A DNA stretch of 63,050 nt, filler included, from Octopus bimaculoides (lineage: Eukaryota): the NCBI RefSeq assembly GCF_001194135.2. It is 4 parts of 4 records of this genome, joined end to end, with 100 filler letters (N's around TTAATTAATTAA, not from the genome) between each part and the next. Parts side by side here need not be neighbours in the genome. Positions count along the whole stretch, not along the records: positions 18,673 to 49,847 come from NC_069000.1; positions 49,948 to 59,474 come from NC_068994.1; 2 more parts are not named here. The stretch is one strand, 5' to 3'. The translations under genes and the position numbers were made by a program. Each line of letters opens with the position of its first letter. Within the stretch, counting starts at the first letter, position 1. Under the pieces are notes generated by a model. That model did no database searches, was not told where the DNA came from, and saw only the letters and a program-made list of their open reading frames with translations. Below are positions 38,571 to 51,787 of the stretch, piece after piece.

Positions 38571-41217
38571 TACTAAAAATATATTCATAAAGAATACCGA
38601 CTTTGTTTTGTATGTGCTGTTTCGGGATAAAAAGAAAAAAAAGAACGTCAGTCACGTCTGCGCTGGATTCCCCGATATTGCACTATTAGAATACATCCAT
38701 AAACAACATGTGGTTCCTTCTTATCTTCATTGAAAAACTATGCAATGCTAAATTGGCGACAGTGTCATAAAGCATTTAATGTTTACTAGTTCTACAATGT
38801 TTCATATGACGTGTACAACTGATAGAAAAATATCCCAGCGAAAGTAACTGAAATTCTCCAAGCATAAAAATCTTTTTTAGTGGCAATAATGAAAGTGAAA
38901 CTACGGATGCAAGAAACTTCTCTGTGACTATGGAATTCAAGAAACAATTACACAAGAAACTAAAAATATAATTGAAGATTTCCCTAGTAAAATTTCCATA
39001 AATGAGGCTTAAAGAATAGTGTTCCATGAAGTGTGCCACATTCATGAGAAAACATTTCTGAGAAATACAGATCTATTCTACATTAGAGTTATATATTGAT
39101 TTCGGTGTAGTTAGTACATATATCTTACCAAGACATAATAAGTATCATTATTGGTTGTTATAGGTTGGTAAGTGAAGCTTCTCTTGTAGGAGAATCAAAT
39201 CAGAATTCTTTGTGTTCTGGAAAAAAAATACCGTCATTCAGTGTTGTTGGCCCTGAATAAAGACGCCATGTTTGTGTAACAAGATCAATAAAGATAGCAT
39301 ATGTTGCGGCTGTTTTGCTATTTTACGTGTGCATTTTATGTGCATCTTACTGTAATTTAACATTCGACAAACTTGCAACGTAAATATCTGTATTTGTGTA
39401 CAGAAGTATTGTCAACACACGCAAAACTACATAGATATACTGATGAAGAATATGTGTGTGCTGAAGCATGTACCATAACATATGAATAATACAGTTACAC
39501 AAACGGAAGTGCGTACACACACATTGTACACGCATACAGACACACATATGTGTGTCTATTATATATACATTATATTAAACACACACCGCAGATAAATGCA
39601 TACATAGATACATGCATACTTACATACAAATACATAGAATTGTGCGTAGATATCAGCATAAAAATGTACTACATCCACCACATAAACACAGAAAACAGTA
39701 CATGAATATACACCCACACAGTACTATAACAGAATACAATATTTTTTTCACTGAAATTTTCTCAACATTACTCATTTCACAGTACAAACACTAAATGTAC
39801 AATAATATCTAGAAGAAAAAAATGATAAAACATCAATAAAATTGCTTTCGAAAACAGGGTTCGGGGAAATGGAGAGACGCACTGTTTGAAGAGGTGACGC
39901 CATTACTGTAAGAGGAACCTCCTATATAAAGTTGGCCTTACAACAAACTACAGGAAGACATTTATTGAGAAGCCATTAACAAACTAACATGACTCTATCT
40001 ATCTATCTATCTATCTCTATGCATATATATATAGACATATATACATACATATACATGTACAAAATCATATGTATGCATACATCTGTGCGCGCATGTAAAT
40101 GTGTATTAATTTTTACAGGGAAAATGTTGACAGTGATTTCGAAGCGGTTGTGATGGAGGAGGAGGTGGTAGTGACAGTGGTGGTGGTGGTGGTTTTCATG
40201 GTGTTGTTTGTGGTTCTTTTGTTGATGGAGATGATGCTGGTGATAACGATGATGATGATCGTCGTAATTGCTGTTTCAGTGAGGCTGAGGCTGGTAGAAT
40301 TCAAGCATCATTCACTTCTATTAGGGCGACTCCATTGCATGCATACACGCACACACAAACAGACACACGCATGCACAGACACATACACTCACTCTCAGTC
40401 ACACACATATGTAAATTAAATTACGAGCCAGCAGTGTTTATTTTTTCCATTAAAATTTATTATGAGTTATACCCAAAAGATTTTAACCGTTACTGCTTTC
40501 GTTAACTAATCAAATAAATTAATCAAATTTCTAGATGCATAAGACAGACGTAAAAGTCAGTCAAATTTATCATAGAACATCATCTTTGTGTCTCGTCAGC
40601 CAGAAGCACTCCTGGACTAATGAATCTAACAAAAGCCGATGGTCTGGTCTTGTTTATAACTCCAGTAAATAAAACTATTTGCTGGTGCGTGGTAATAACT
40701 ACGTTATATACACAGTGGACAGTAAGAATTGAAACGGAGATTGGCATATTTTTTCTTGATACGTTCCGGATTATTCGAACGTGAATATGCTAATCGCTGT
40801 GGTATTTCGTCAATTAGTATAAAATACTTTGTTCTGGAGCTTACTAAGTATCTGAAAGCGTATTGTGTCCCTTTCATTTAGGCTTCATGTTAGGGCAGGC
40901 TTGCGTAGAGAGTAACGTCCATCCTGAAATAGATCCATGTTTGAAGAGACGCACATACACACATAATTGTATAGAAATATATACAAATCTCACAATCCCA
41001 CAGAGCCATTCATAAAAATACATCCACCTCACACACTTATAACCACACACTTACTCTCGTATATTTGTAAGCAAATATTTAATGCTATAGAATTGTGTAA
41101 GTTGGTTTTTCTTAAGATTATCAGTAGTTCTGCATCATTGAACGATTTCTAAATGCTTATCATCATTGTCTACTATGATAGATATTAGTTTAGGATGGCC
41201 AAAATAAATAAGAATAC

Positions 41218-41267
<50 letters not shown>

Positions 41268-41344
41268 GTGTGAAACAAAAAAAATTAAGTGTATAAAAGA
41301 ATTCGTGGGAGGAAAAATATTGATTTAACCTAACGCCAATTGTA

Positions 41345-41520
41345 TGTATGTATGTATGTATGTATGTATATGTGCAGATTTGTATGGCTTGTTTATGTAT
41401 GTCTTCTTATGCATATAGTTACATATCTAGACATGCTCATATAGATTTAAATGATAAACTTCTGGAAAGTTTTACACATTTTTATAGTTCCAGTGATGGA
41501 TTGAATTTGTAGTCTTTGAA
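41345..41520 (-). mobile_element. Partial second copy of the 16.8-17.0 kb LINE 3' end
   Basis: The reverse complement matches 16838-16990 (CAATCCATCACTGGAACT...ACTTTCCAGAAG..TATCATTTAAAT). Confidence 0.8.
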
Positions 41521-42029
41521 ATCTACGCCATGAGAATCATATTTTCCTCTTTTATAAAGATGTATCTTCGTGCATTGTATTTGGTGTGCTGAACCGTATA
41601 TCGGTAGAACACACACCACACACACACATTAGATGTTTCACCGGACTTCACTCCGTTACAAGTATTCGGGCAACGCTTCCGGTTTCAGGATAACTATAAC
41701 TTCCTCCCTTTCTGACACCAGTCTGGAGTTCTTGAAACCAATAATAATAATAATAAAGAATCATGGGCTCTTCCCCTTCCTCCATCCCTGCCTCTCGTAC
41801 TAAGAGGGTAAAAAAGAAGTAAGAAATGAACATAAATAAATTTATAACAATCATATATCAGGTAATTGATATATTGTATAAAGGTATAAACGCAAGGGTA
41901 TAGATATACATATACGTATACACACACACACATATATGTATACACTTAAACATACGTTCAAACACACATTCATACGTAAATATAAAGTGTGTGTATATAA
42001 GTGTTTGTATTCAATCTCTTACACGTAAA

Positions 42030-42060
<31 letters not shown>

Positions 42061-43038
42061 GTGTGTGTTTGTATTCAGACAATCTCTTATTCTCAAATCT
42101 ATATCTCTTCTGCAGAGAGGAAATTGTCTGCTCAATGATATTTTTTTTCCCATTGTAAGAAGAAACTATCATCACCATCACCATCATCATCGTCGTCGAT
42201 GTTATGATTTGTTGATATTACACTTATAGATATTGATATTATTATTATCATTATTATTATCATCATTAGTTTTTGCTGTTTCTGTTGTTCATTTATTCGT
42301 TCCCATTTTTTTTCTCTCCGTTGATCAAAAAAAATTACAATCTCCAATATAATTTTGCCATTAAATTGTGAATACGTGTGTGCGTGTGCATGTATGTGTG
42401 TTTGCATTTATGTGTGCATTTACATATATTTATACACACACATATATGTACACATACATGCACACACACACACACGCATTACATTTATTGGTATTAATAC
42501 TTATTTTTTTAGTATTTCCTCTCTTTCTTCTCTTACTCCCTCTTTCTCTTTGTGTGCCTGTAATGATATATATATATATATATATANNNNNNNNNNNNNN
42601 NNNNNNNNNNNNNNNNNNNNNNNNNNNNNNNNNNNNNNNNNNNNNNNNNNNNNNNNNNNNNNNNNNNNNNNNNNNNNNNNNNNNNNNNNNNNNNNNNNNN
42701 NNNNNNNNNNNNNNNNNNNNNNNNNNNNNNNNNNNNNNNNNNNNNNNNNNNNNNNNNNNNNNNNNNNNNNNNNNNNNNNNNNNNNNNNNNNNNNNNNNNN
42801 NNNNNNNNNNNNNNNNNNNNNNNNNNNNNNNNNNNNNNNNNNNNNNNNNNNNNNNNNNNNNNNNNNNNNNNNNNNNNNNNNNNNNNNNNNNNNNNNNNNN
42901 NNNNNNNNNNNNNNNNNNNNNNNNNNNNNNNNNNNNNNNNNNNNNNNNNNNNNNNNNNNNNNNNNNNNNNNNNNNNNNNNNNNNNNNNNNNNNNNNNNNN
43001 NNNNNNNNNNNNNNNNNNNNNNNNNNNNNNNNNNNNNN

Positions 43039-43079
<41 letters not shown>

Positions 43080-43952
43080 CGGACTGGCAGATAGACAGAC
43101 AGACAGAGAGCATCTGTATGTTTTATAAATAGTTTGAATATAATTAGACAAAGCAAAATAAACTTTGAAAATAGAATTAAAGAAAATTTAGTAGTTCATG
43201 TAACTGTCGCTATACACTATATGTGCAACGTTTATATATATATATGCATGTGTGTGCGCGTGTCTGTGTGTGTGTATGAGAGGTACGTGTGTGTTTATGA
43301 TATTTGTGTTATATATGTATATCAATATCGGCCTCTTTAAAGGAACAGACTTTAAATATAAATCGATAAACAAACAAATGTTTTAATAATCTTCAGTTGA
43401 TTTTTTTCGTAATTTTCCGCGAATGAAGTTTTACAAGTAGTGAAATAGAATATTGATCCTTTGGTCAATTTTCTATGATTGTTTGACTGAAACTAATATA
43501 ACTGGTATTAATTTGATTGATTTGGTGTAGCAGAGAAAATACAAAAGCAATTACAACTTTCATTACGGCTAAAAAAAAAAAAAAGAAATTTTTTTTTTTT
43601 ACATGCAAACGAGATGTCGGCTCTTGAAGCACGAACGAGAATAAAGGAATCATCTTGCCAGGCATGGGTGTGTGTGCGTGAGTGAATGGTGTGTACGTGT
43701 GTTTGTGTGTTCGTACGTGAGCATTAATTTGCGCGAACGAGATAAGAAAAACGTGTGCCGAATACATAGTTGAATAAATGATTGTCCTGTATATCATGTA
43801 ATACATAGGATATATATCCCTGGCGTCCATGCGTCGTATATAATACACATTCACCATTTTTTTTTTCAACTACCAGAGTAAATTAGAACGCAAGAAAGAA
43901 GGCTATTAAAAGACTGAAAAGAAGCATAGACGTTTAAGACAAACTTGCGAAA

Positions 43953-44064
43953 ATGCCTTCGACAGGCAAAGAGTTAAATTTAATTCTGTTATTACGACAG
44001 TTTCTTGTTTCTTGTATGATCTTCAAAATTACTGACGTACGGCTCAAATTTTTAACGGATGCAG
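43953..44064 (+). CDS. Candidate first coding exon: MPSTGKELNLILLLRQFLVSCMIFKITDVRLKFLTDA
   Basis: ATG at 43953, 37 open codons, donor CAG|GTGACA (phase 1). Supported by phase only. Confidence 0.2.
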
Positions 44065-44347
44065 GTGACATAAACTGACTTACTGTAATGATATTTGCCA
44101 ATTCTTGGTCGGTTCTAGCATCTTGGCAAACATTACAGTCATTATTAGAATTCTATTTCTAACGGTATTTAACAGCAGAAGATTTCTATCCAGTCAAAAG
44201 CATGAAAAAGTTCTTCAAGAGACCTACTAATTAGGTCTAAGTTAATGACACTTGAAACTTAAATGGAAATAGATCTGACAACATATCTAGTCCAGATCTA
44301 AAAGATGCCTCACCTAACTAACCAATAAATAAAAAGACCTCTTTCAG

Positions 44348-44391
44348 ACGCTCAACTGGTGGTGCAACGAATAAATAAAATACTAACTACG
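44348..44391 (+). CDS. Candidate upstream exon (phase 1->0): (D)AQLVVQRINKILTT
   Basis: Acceptor CCTCTTTCAG|, weak donor ACG|GTCAGG. Phases fit its neighbours. Confidence 0.2.
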
Positions 44392-44495
44392 GTCAGGATA
44401 TAGTCTTCAAATGGTTTTGCTTTTGTGATTAGTCTTTGATGTTCATACGAAACACCAAAAGATATTTCTATCTTCACGGCTTCATGCTATTTTAG

Positions 44496-44565
44496 CCATC
44501 TATTAATAAACTGGAACCATATGACGGGCTCAAATCGATGACCAAGATTATTTCTCCAGCAGCTG
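44496..44565 (+). CDS. Candidate upstream exon (phase 0->1): PSINKLEPYDGLKSMTKIISPAA
   Basis: Acceptor CATGCTATTTTAG|, donor CTG|GTATTA. Phase fits 44974. Confidence 0.3.
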
Positions 44566-44973
44566 GTATTAAATAGTTAGAGACAATGATTTTGAGTAAA
44601 GATAAAAGATTTTGTCGGTTAGTTCTTCCTTATCTTCTTTTATCTTACTTAATCTTCCTCCCCTGTTTATATATACAAGTTACACTCACTTATGTTCCAT
44701 ATATATTATTTACAATCAATAACAATACTGCTTTCTATGAAGATCTGAACCAAACTAATACATAATATAAATTTTTCGTTTTATTAATTTCGTCTTCCGT
44801 ATTGTTTTTTATTGATCCGTCTAATCTAAGATACACACACATTCACACACACATATATATATTTATATATATATGTGTGTGTGTGTGAATGTGTCTGTGT
44901 GTCTGTGTGTGTGTGTAAAACATCAAATATATCCACCCGGTGTAGGCCAAAATAAAGAACCGTCCTCCTCTAG

Positions 44974-45008
44974 ATCTGTCCATGGAAATAATGACGAAAA
45001 TCATTTTC
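44974..45008 (+). CDS. Candidate upstream micro-exon (phase 1->0): (D)LSMEIMTKIIF
   Basis: Acceptor CCGTCCTCCTCTAG|, donor TTC|GTAAGT. Phase fits 47170, but a second frame (SVHGNNDENHF) is also open. Confidence 0.35.
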
Positions 45009-45601
45009 GTAAGTTGAATTCAGAAATGTAGTTCCAATGTTCTCAATTCGATCAAACTCTAAGGTATATTTAAACGTATTTCAGTTTTGACGATAGCTGT
45101 ACTGAAAAAACATTAATGGCTTTGTAACTTCAATTTTTAAACACGACATTACCGTCAACACAAATATTACATTTTCAATTTTTATGCGCTTTAACTGTGT
45201 TTATTGGTCTTTAATAATGATATTTAAAAAAAACTGACTATTTTCTTCTTATAATACAATATAGATGTAGCTAGGAATACAGAAATAATGTTTGGCTGTG
45301 TTGTGACTTCACATTTAAACGAAGGTCAGTACTCAGCCTGGCAAAATGACAAGTGCAAACCAGTATGGAAGTTGTACATCTGCGAATATTTGAATTTTAG
45401 ATGAAACAATCAATTTTATTTTGAAGTCCAAATTATCTTACTTTAATCGATTCATGGGAAACACTCATTAGTGTGGTGTTTTCATTTATCTCCTCCCCTA
45501 AAATGTAGGGCATTTATGCAAATTAGAAGAAACTAATTAATCACCAGAGTATATTTTAAATTATATGTAGTTTTTTTCTGTCACATTATATATATATGTG
45601 A

Positions 45602-45692
<91 letters not shown>

Positions 45693-47169
45693 TATGTGTG
45701 TATACGAACACAAATAAACACACAAATACACACACGTGATTGTTTTGATATAAAGTTATCCATAAAAACAGCTCGACATTAAACTGAAGGATCCCCCGAT
45801 ACTTTTTAGTAGAGTAACATATTTATTAAAATTTACAAGAAGCTAAATAGTGACTTCGAAACCTCGGCTTATTAGCCGTCAGCAGGCTCTTTAACGACAG
45901 CTAGTTATGAATAAAACATTGGGAAAAATTTGTATGTTCATGCGTGTATGTGTGTGTGTTTAAAGTTATTTTAAACAAAGTATTTGAAAATAACGGAACA
46001 TTTATTGATAGAGGTAAATCATTGTAGACTCATAGCTAATTTGAACAATTATGCATGTATGTATGTATGCATGTATAACGTGTGTGTATGTATGTGTGCA
46101 TGCATACATACATACATACTTGTATGTTTGTGTAAATATGTATCTACATATCCATGTAACAGTTTTATTTAACATATTTCATCTCGTCTAGATTTAAAAT
46201 GGAGTTCAGCAGACGATCGATACTTTGGCGGGAAAATTATTAAAAAGAAAACATAAAATATAGATTTATTTTTCATCAAAAACGCATAAATCAAAGGAGA
46301 TAACGATTGAAGAGGATATGGGGACGAATATTATGTCAACCATTATTAAAACTGGGAATCAATATAAATAGGGCTCGTGAAACAAACTAAACAAATGATA
46401 AAGAAAACATTACACACATCCCAAGCAAATCATAGGCGGAGNNNNNNNNNNNNNNNNNNNNNNNNNNNNNNNNNNNNNNNNNNNNNNNNNNNNNNNNNNN
46501 NNNNNNNNNNNNNNNNNNNNNNNNNNNNNNNNNNNNNNNNNNNNNNNNNNNNNNNNNNNNNNNNNNNNNNNNNNNNNNNNNNNNNNNNNNNNNNNNNNNN
46601 NNNNNNNNNNNNNNNNNNNNNNNNNNNNNNNNNNNNNNNNNNNNNNNNNNNNNNNNNNNNNNNNNNNNNNNNNNNNNNNNNNNNNNNNNNNNNNNNNNNN
46701 NNNNNNNNNNNNNNNNNNNNNNNNNNNNNNNNNNNNNNNNNNNNNNNNNNNNNNNNNNNNNNNNNNNNNNNNNNNNNNNNNNNNNNNNNNNNNNNNNNNN
46801 NNNNNNNNNNNNNNNNNNNNNNNNNNNNNNNNNNNNNNNNNNNNNNNNNNNNNNNNNNNNNNNNNNNNNNNNNNNNGTGTGTGTGTGTGTGTGTGGAATA
46901 AAAAGATGGGTGAGTGACAAATACAAAGCAACTCTCTCTTAAAATATTTGATAGATGAATAGCCATATTGAATTCCAAGTCGACAATCAATTGAAAGCGT
47001 GAAAGTGATATCATATTCAGTGATGTAAGTCGTAAAGCAAGAGGAAGAGATGACGGCTCTCAAGAATTGCCACCTCTATTTACGAGAAGATATTTCCCAG
47101 CACTTAGTTTTTTTTAGGTTTATTGATTTATATTTCATTTATATACGTTAGTATTTTTTTTTAAAACAG

Positions 47170-47308
47170 CTTCCTAGTGACGATAGACTTAAGAATGAAA
47201 TATTGTACAACATCGTGCTTAAAAGGTTGAAGAAGAACTCCAGTGCTGAATGGACAGTTGCACTGACGAAGATGTTTCATGGAACATTGCATGATAGTAG
47301 TATGAAAG
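47170..47308 (+). CDS. Probable internal exon (phase 0->1): LPSDDRLKNEILYNIVLKRLKKNSSAEWTVALTKMFHGTLHDSSMK
   Basis: Acceptor TTTTTTTTTAAAACAG|, donor AAAG|GTTCGT. 46 open codons; phase fits exon 50167. The link crosses an unsized assembly join (49848-49947). Confidence 0.6.
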
Positions 47309-47906
47309 GTTCGTGTGTGTTTCTTTTTTTTTTCTTTCCTTAGACATGACAGTTAAGTACACATAACTTGATCTCTGACCAAGAAGAAATAGTGTCGAAC
47401 CTCCAAATGAAGATTTATGCGTTGTATCCAGTGGCTTCCACATTTTGTACCTCTCGATTCATACTATACTACTTAGATGCTAATAAATATGATGCGTAGA
47501 TAAAGCTAACGGCTGCAAAAAGCGGGAACATTATACAGTTGAGTTTAAGTCACTTTGTGAAACTGGGAATCACTAAGAGACATCATAGCACTGTATCTTC
47601 CTCTTGTCAACATAAAATGTATCCGCTGCTTCGGAGTTCCATCCTCCCGTAGTGTCTCCCGTAACATAAACTGTAGGTGAGATATTTTCTTGTTGAGATC
47701 GGGCTAGAGGAAGTAAATGGTTTCTTTTCGTGATATTAGTGTTGAAGGGGTGGTTGATGACTTAGACAAGGGTAGATCAAGCATGGACAACCTTTCTCGA
47801 GAAACAGGTCGCATAAGAAATGTCTCATCATCCGGCATTACTAAAAACACCTGTTTGTTATCCCCTCACCTATCTTCGTCGTTTATTTTCAGTAAACTTG
47901 AACTAT

Positions 47907-47954
<48 letters not shown>

Positions 47955-49506
47955 TCATTCATTCGATAATCGCACTCGTTTGTTACCTGTCACCTGCATG
48001 TTTAATCTTGTATTAAATTTACTTAAAAGCTTTATAGCTTTATTTGCTTCGAGATGCAGCACGGAATTTTGTCAGTGAACAGGTCGCGGTCTCAAAGTGA
48101 CGAAAATATTTTGGCAAATTAAATTTAAATGCTGAAGTGAATCTAACGGTTTTTGTGTGTGTGTGTAATTCAAAATATAAACAATAATGAACCATAATTT
48201 TTATTTTCCACAATGCAGCAGAATTAATTGTAAGATAGAAAATACTGTTGATTTTTGTATACTTCCACTTCATTTCTATTCGCAAAGCTTTCTCCTACTC
48301 TCTTTAGTTGCAAAGTCTTTGCTCAGATCCTCTTCCTTACTTCTATACTTAAAAGAGATAAGGAATCCTCTTACTGCTTCAATACTAAATAGAGATAAGG
48401 AGTCCCGAATATTATTGTAGCAAGGTTAAAATGATTTCTTTTTGTGTCGTAAACCAGTTACCATTTCTGTAGTGCCCTCATTCCCTCGATGTCTTAAACA
48501 CGTGTTTATTTTGCTTAAAGATTAATCTCCATCTTAGGTCCTAGGTAATATAAAGCTTTCCTTTCTTTAGTTCCAAATTATTCTGATCATTGAAAAAAAA
48601 TATATTGTGAATGTGTATCATACGTAATGCATGAACGCCATGGAAATATTTTCTGTGTTACATGTTATGCAGAGGATAGGCAAAGGGTTAAGTTAGTGAG
48701 TTTCTAAGACCCATAGATTAAAACCCGTAGAGGCTCAAAGCACTTAAAAGATTTTGGTGCCTGTATGTGTATGTGCGTGAGTGTGTGTGTGTAGAAAAGT
48801 TTCGAAGCTAGAAAGAAAAATATTGGATTGATGACGTCAAACATGACTATTCATTGCTTTACTTGATATGGTTGTAATTGTTGTTGTTCTTGCTGTTGTT
48901 GTACAACCCTCGGTCAACCGTGCTCGAAAGTAAGTAACAAGACAAATGACTTGCTTCTGTTGTCGGTCAAGTGATGGTGAAGCTGTTCTTCATAACTTTT
49001 GTTATAAATAACTATTCTTCTTCTTCTTCTTCTTCTTGTCAGTACATCTGCCGTTATCAATCACGTCCTGTTTATTTAGTGTTATTGGCAGCTTTACATT
49101 ACAGTTATGTTGTTGTTGATGATGATGGTGCTTCTGTTGTTGCAGCTTCTTCTGGTGTTGCTGTCATTGAAGTACCAGTTATTGCTGTTTTTCTTGTTCT
49201 CGTTGCTGCTTCTGTCGTCCATGTTGTTGTTGTTGTTGTTGAACTGAATATTTTTGTTGTTGGTTGTTGCCATTTTTAATGTTTATGTTGCTGCTGTTTA
49301 AACAGGTTTCCTCTCTCTATAACAACAGCAACAACAGCAACAACAACAATAACAATAATAATAATGATAACAATAATAATAATAATAATAATAATAAGGC
49401 TGGAGCGAATCAGTTGTAGATCGTGTAGATAATGACAGTGAAGGAGAGAAATCTAGTTAGATAAGACAATGAAGAGAGTAATAAGCAGAGAGATAGAAAA
49501 TGCTGC

Positions 49507-49549
<43 letters not shown>

Positions 49550-49815
49550 GCACACATACACATATGCATATATATGTATATATATGTACACACGCACAAC
49601 CACATATGTAAAGACATACACGTTCCCTTTATGTTTATATACGTGCATATATGTGTGCGTATATAAATGTGTATATATTTGTACACACATATCTTTATAC
49701 GTGCATAACGCTATGTGCCTGCGTATGTAAATATACGCATGTGCATGTTTATGTATACGTTTATATGTTTTTAGTATATGTGTGTGTGTGTATATATATA
49801 CACATATATATATAT

Positions 49816-49847
<32 letters not shown>

Positions 49848-50166
49848 NNNNNNNNNNNNNNNNNNNNNNNNNNNNNNNNNNNNNNNNNNNNTTAATTAAT
49901 TAANNNNNNNNNNNNNNNNNNNNNNNNNNNNNNNNNNNNNNNNNNNNTATACAGTGCTAAAATGTTTTTTATGATAGAATTATTTTAGCATTTTCTACCT
50001 TGACTTTTTTCCTTATATATTTATATATATATATATATACACATATATGAATGATCTATATTTATATATGTATATATACACACATATATGAATGATCTCC
50101 TATCTTAACAAAGTGATAGTGCTCGGATCTGACCCTTATATTTCCTTGTTCTCTGATTCTTTTCAG

Positions 50167-50212
50167 CAAAACCTGCAACTCGAAGGTCCAGATCACTTGA
50201 CCCGACAGATAG
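50167..50212 (+). CDS. Internal exon of the same gene (phase 1->2): (A)KPATRRSRSLDPTD(R)
   Basis: Acceptor TTCTCTGATTCTTTTCAG|, donor AG|GTACTT. 46 nt; phase fits exon 51117; the RRSRS motif resembles RTRSRS/KRSRS in the large exon. Confidence 0.7.
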
Positions 50213-50379
50213 GTACTTTCTTTTATCTTCTATCTTCTACTTGTTTCGGTCATTAGACTGCAGCCCTGCTGGGACAACACCTTGAAGGATCTATTGAAGT
50301 AAATTGATCCTGCTACTTAACTTTTTAAGCCTGCTGTATTCTGTCCCTGCCCACACATGCATGTATAGATGTATAGACA

Positions 50380-50935
50380 CATCATCATCATCATCATCAT
50401 CCTCATTTAACGCACATTTTCCATGCTGGCATGGGTTGGATGGTTTAACTGGAGCTGGCCAGCTGGGGAGCTGTCCACGCCCCTATTGTCTGTTGTGGCA
50501 TGGTTTATACACCTGGGTGCCCTTCTTAATGCCATCCTCTTCACAGAGTGTGCTGGTTGCTTTTTACGTGCCACCAGCATGGGTGTGTCTATGCGGCACT
50601 GGCACGAGTGCATTTAAGTGGCACCAGCACCTGTAAAGGACAAGTTTCTATGTATGGATGACAGCAATTTTATTTTGCTTGACATGTCTTCTCAAGTACA
50701 GCAAATCCCTACAAATTCCAGCCCCTTGTCATTTCCTCAGTGAAGGCCCAGCTTCTGAAGATCCTTTCCCACCACTTTGTCCCACGTTTTCCTGTGTTTA
50801 CCCCCTTCCACAGGTTCCCTCCACAATTAGAGCTTGGTACATATACTGGGAACAAGTAAGGGTCGGTTGGTATAAGAAAGGGCACCCAACCATGGAACGC
50901 TATCTCAAGAAGACTTGTCCAACAACTGATACCAG
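50380..50935 (-). mobile_element. RTE-type LINE 3' end (ORF2 C-terminus + UTR + (GAT)n tail)
   Basis: The minus strand gives KHRKTWDKVVGKDLQKLGL..EEMT...AVLEKT and ends CCAACCCATGCCAGCATGGAAAA...(GAT)n. Confidence 0.75.
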
Positions 50936-51116
50936 AATAGAAAATGTGATCATTAGGCTGCTGCTGATGGTGATGATGATGCTTTATGCATTTTCAACTC
51001 TTAGACGCTCATTCCATGCCACTCACTACTTTTGTGTTTAGTTGAAGGAAATCGGTTCAGCTTGTGGTTGTTATTATTTTTTTTTTTTTTTACTATTCTC
51101 CTTCTTTCTACCACAG

Positions 51117-51192
51117 ACTCCAGATGTCTCCATCGAAAAAAGCCAAAAACAAGCCTTTCTTCCAGTCCTTGTATTCTTCGAAAAATTCCAAA
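51117..51192 (+). CDS. Internal exon of the same gene (phase 2->0): (R)LQMSPSKKAKNKPFFQSLYSSKNSK
   Basis: Acceptor TTCTCCTTCTTTCTACCACAG|, donor AA|GTAAGT (consensus). 76 nt; joins 55219 in the long frame. Confidence 0.8.
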
Positions 51193-51427
51193 GTAAGTTT
51201 GGTTGCAAATAACATTTTGTTCTATTCTATTTTTTCTTTTATCATTCTTGTTATTTTTGCCTCTTAGCTCAAGTTTTGTTGGAGCCACTGGTGTCTTGCA
51301 TGTGTAGCAGACTTACTGCCTGCGGCCTACAGTGCCATGCTATCTCTTCTTTTCAACTATCTAATTACTTTCTTGATTATTCTGGCTGTGTCAAAGAGGC
51401 AAACCTTTTCTAACAGTTTTACTGGAC

Positions 51428-51512
<85 letters not shown>

Positions 51513-51515
51513 ACT

Positions 51516-51702
51516 AAGGTGGTGAGCTAGTGGAATTGTTAGCATGCTGGGCAAAATGCTTAGCGGTATTTCGTTTGCCGCTATGTTCTGAGTTCAAATT
51601 CCGCTGAGGTCGACTTAGCCTTTCANNNNNNNNNNNNNNNNNNNNNNNNNNNNNNNNNNNNNNNNNNNNNNNNNNNNNNNNNNNNNNACAGTTTTACTGG
51701 AC

Positions 51703-51787
<85 letters not shown>

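Noticed and set aside
39130-41810. Minus-strand gene made of short exon-like pieces (39.2, 40.9, 41.7 kb)
   Set aside because: Each frame is under 35 codons and the phases could not be chained.
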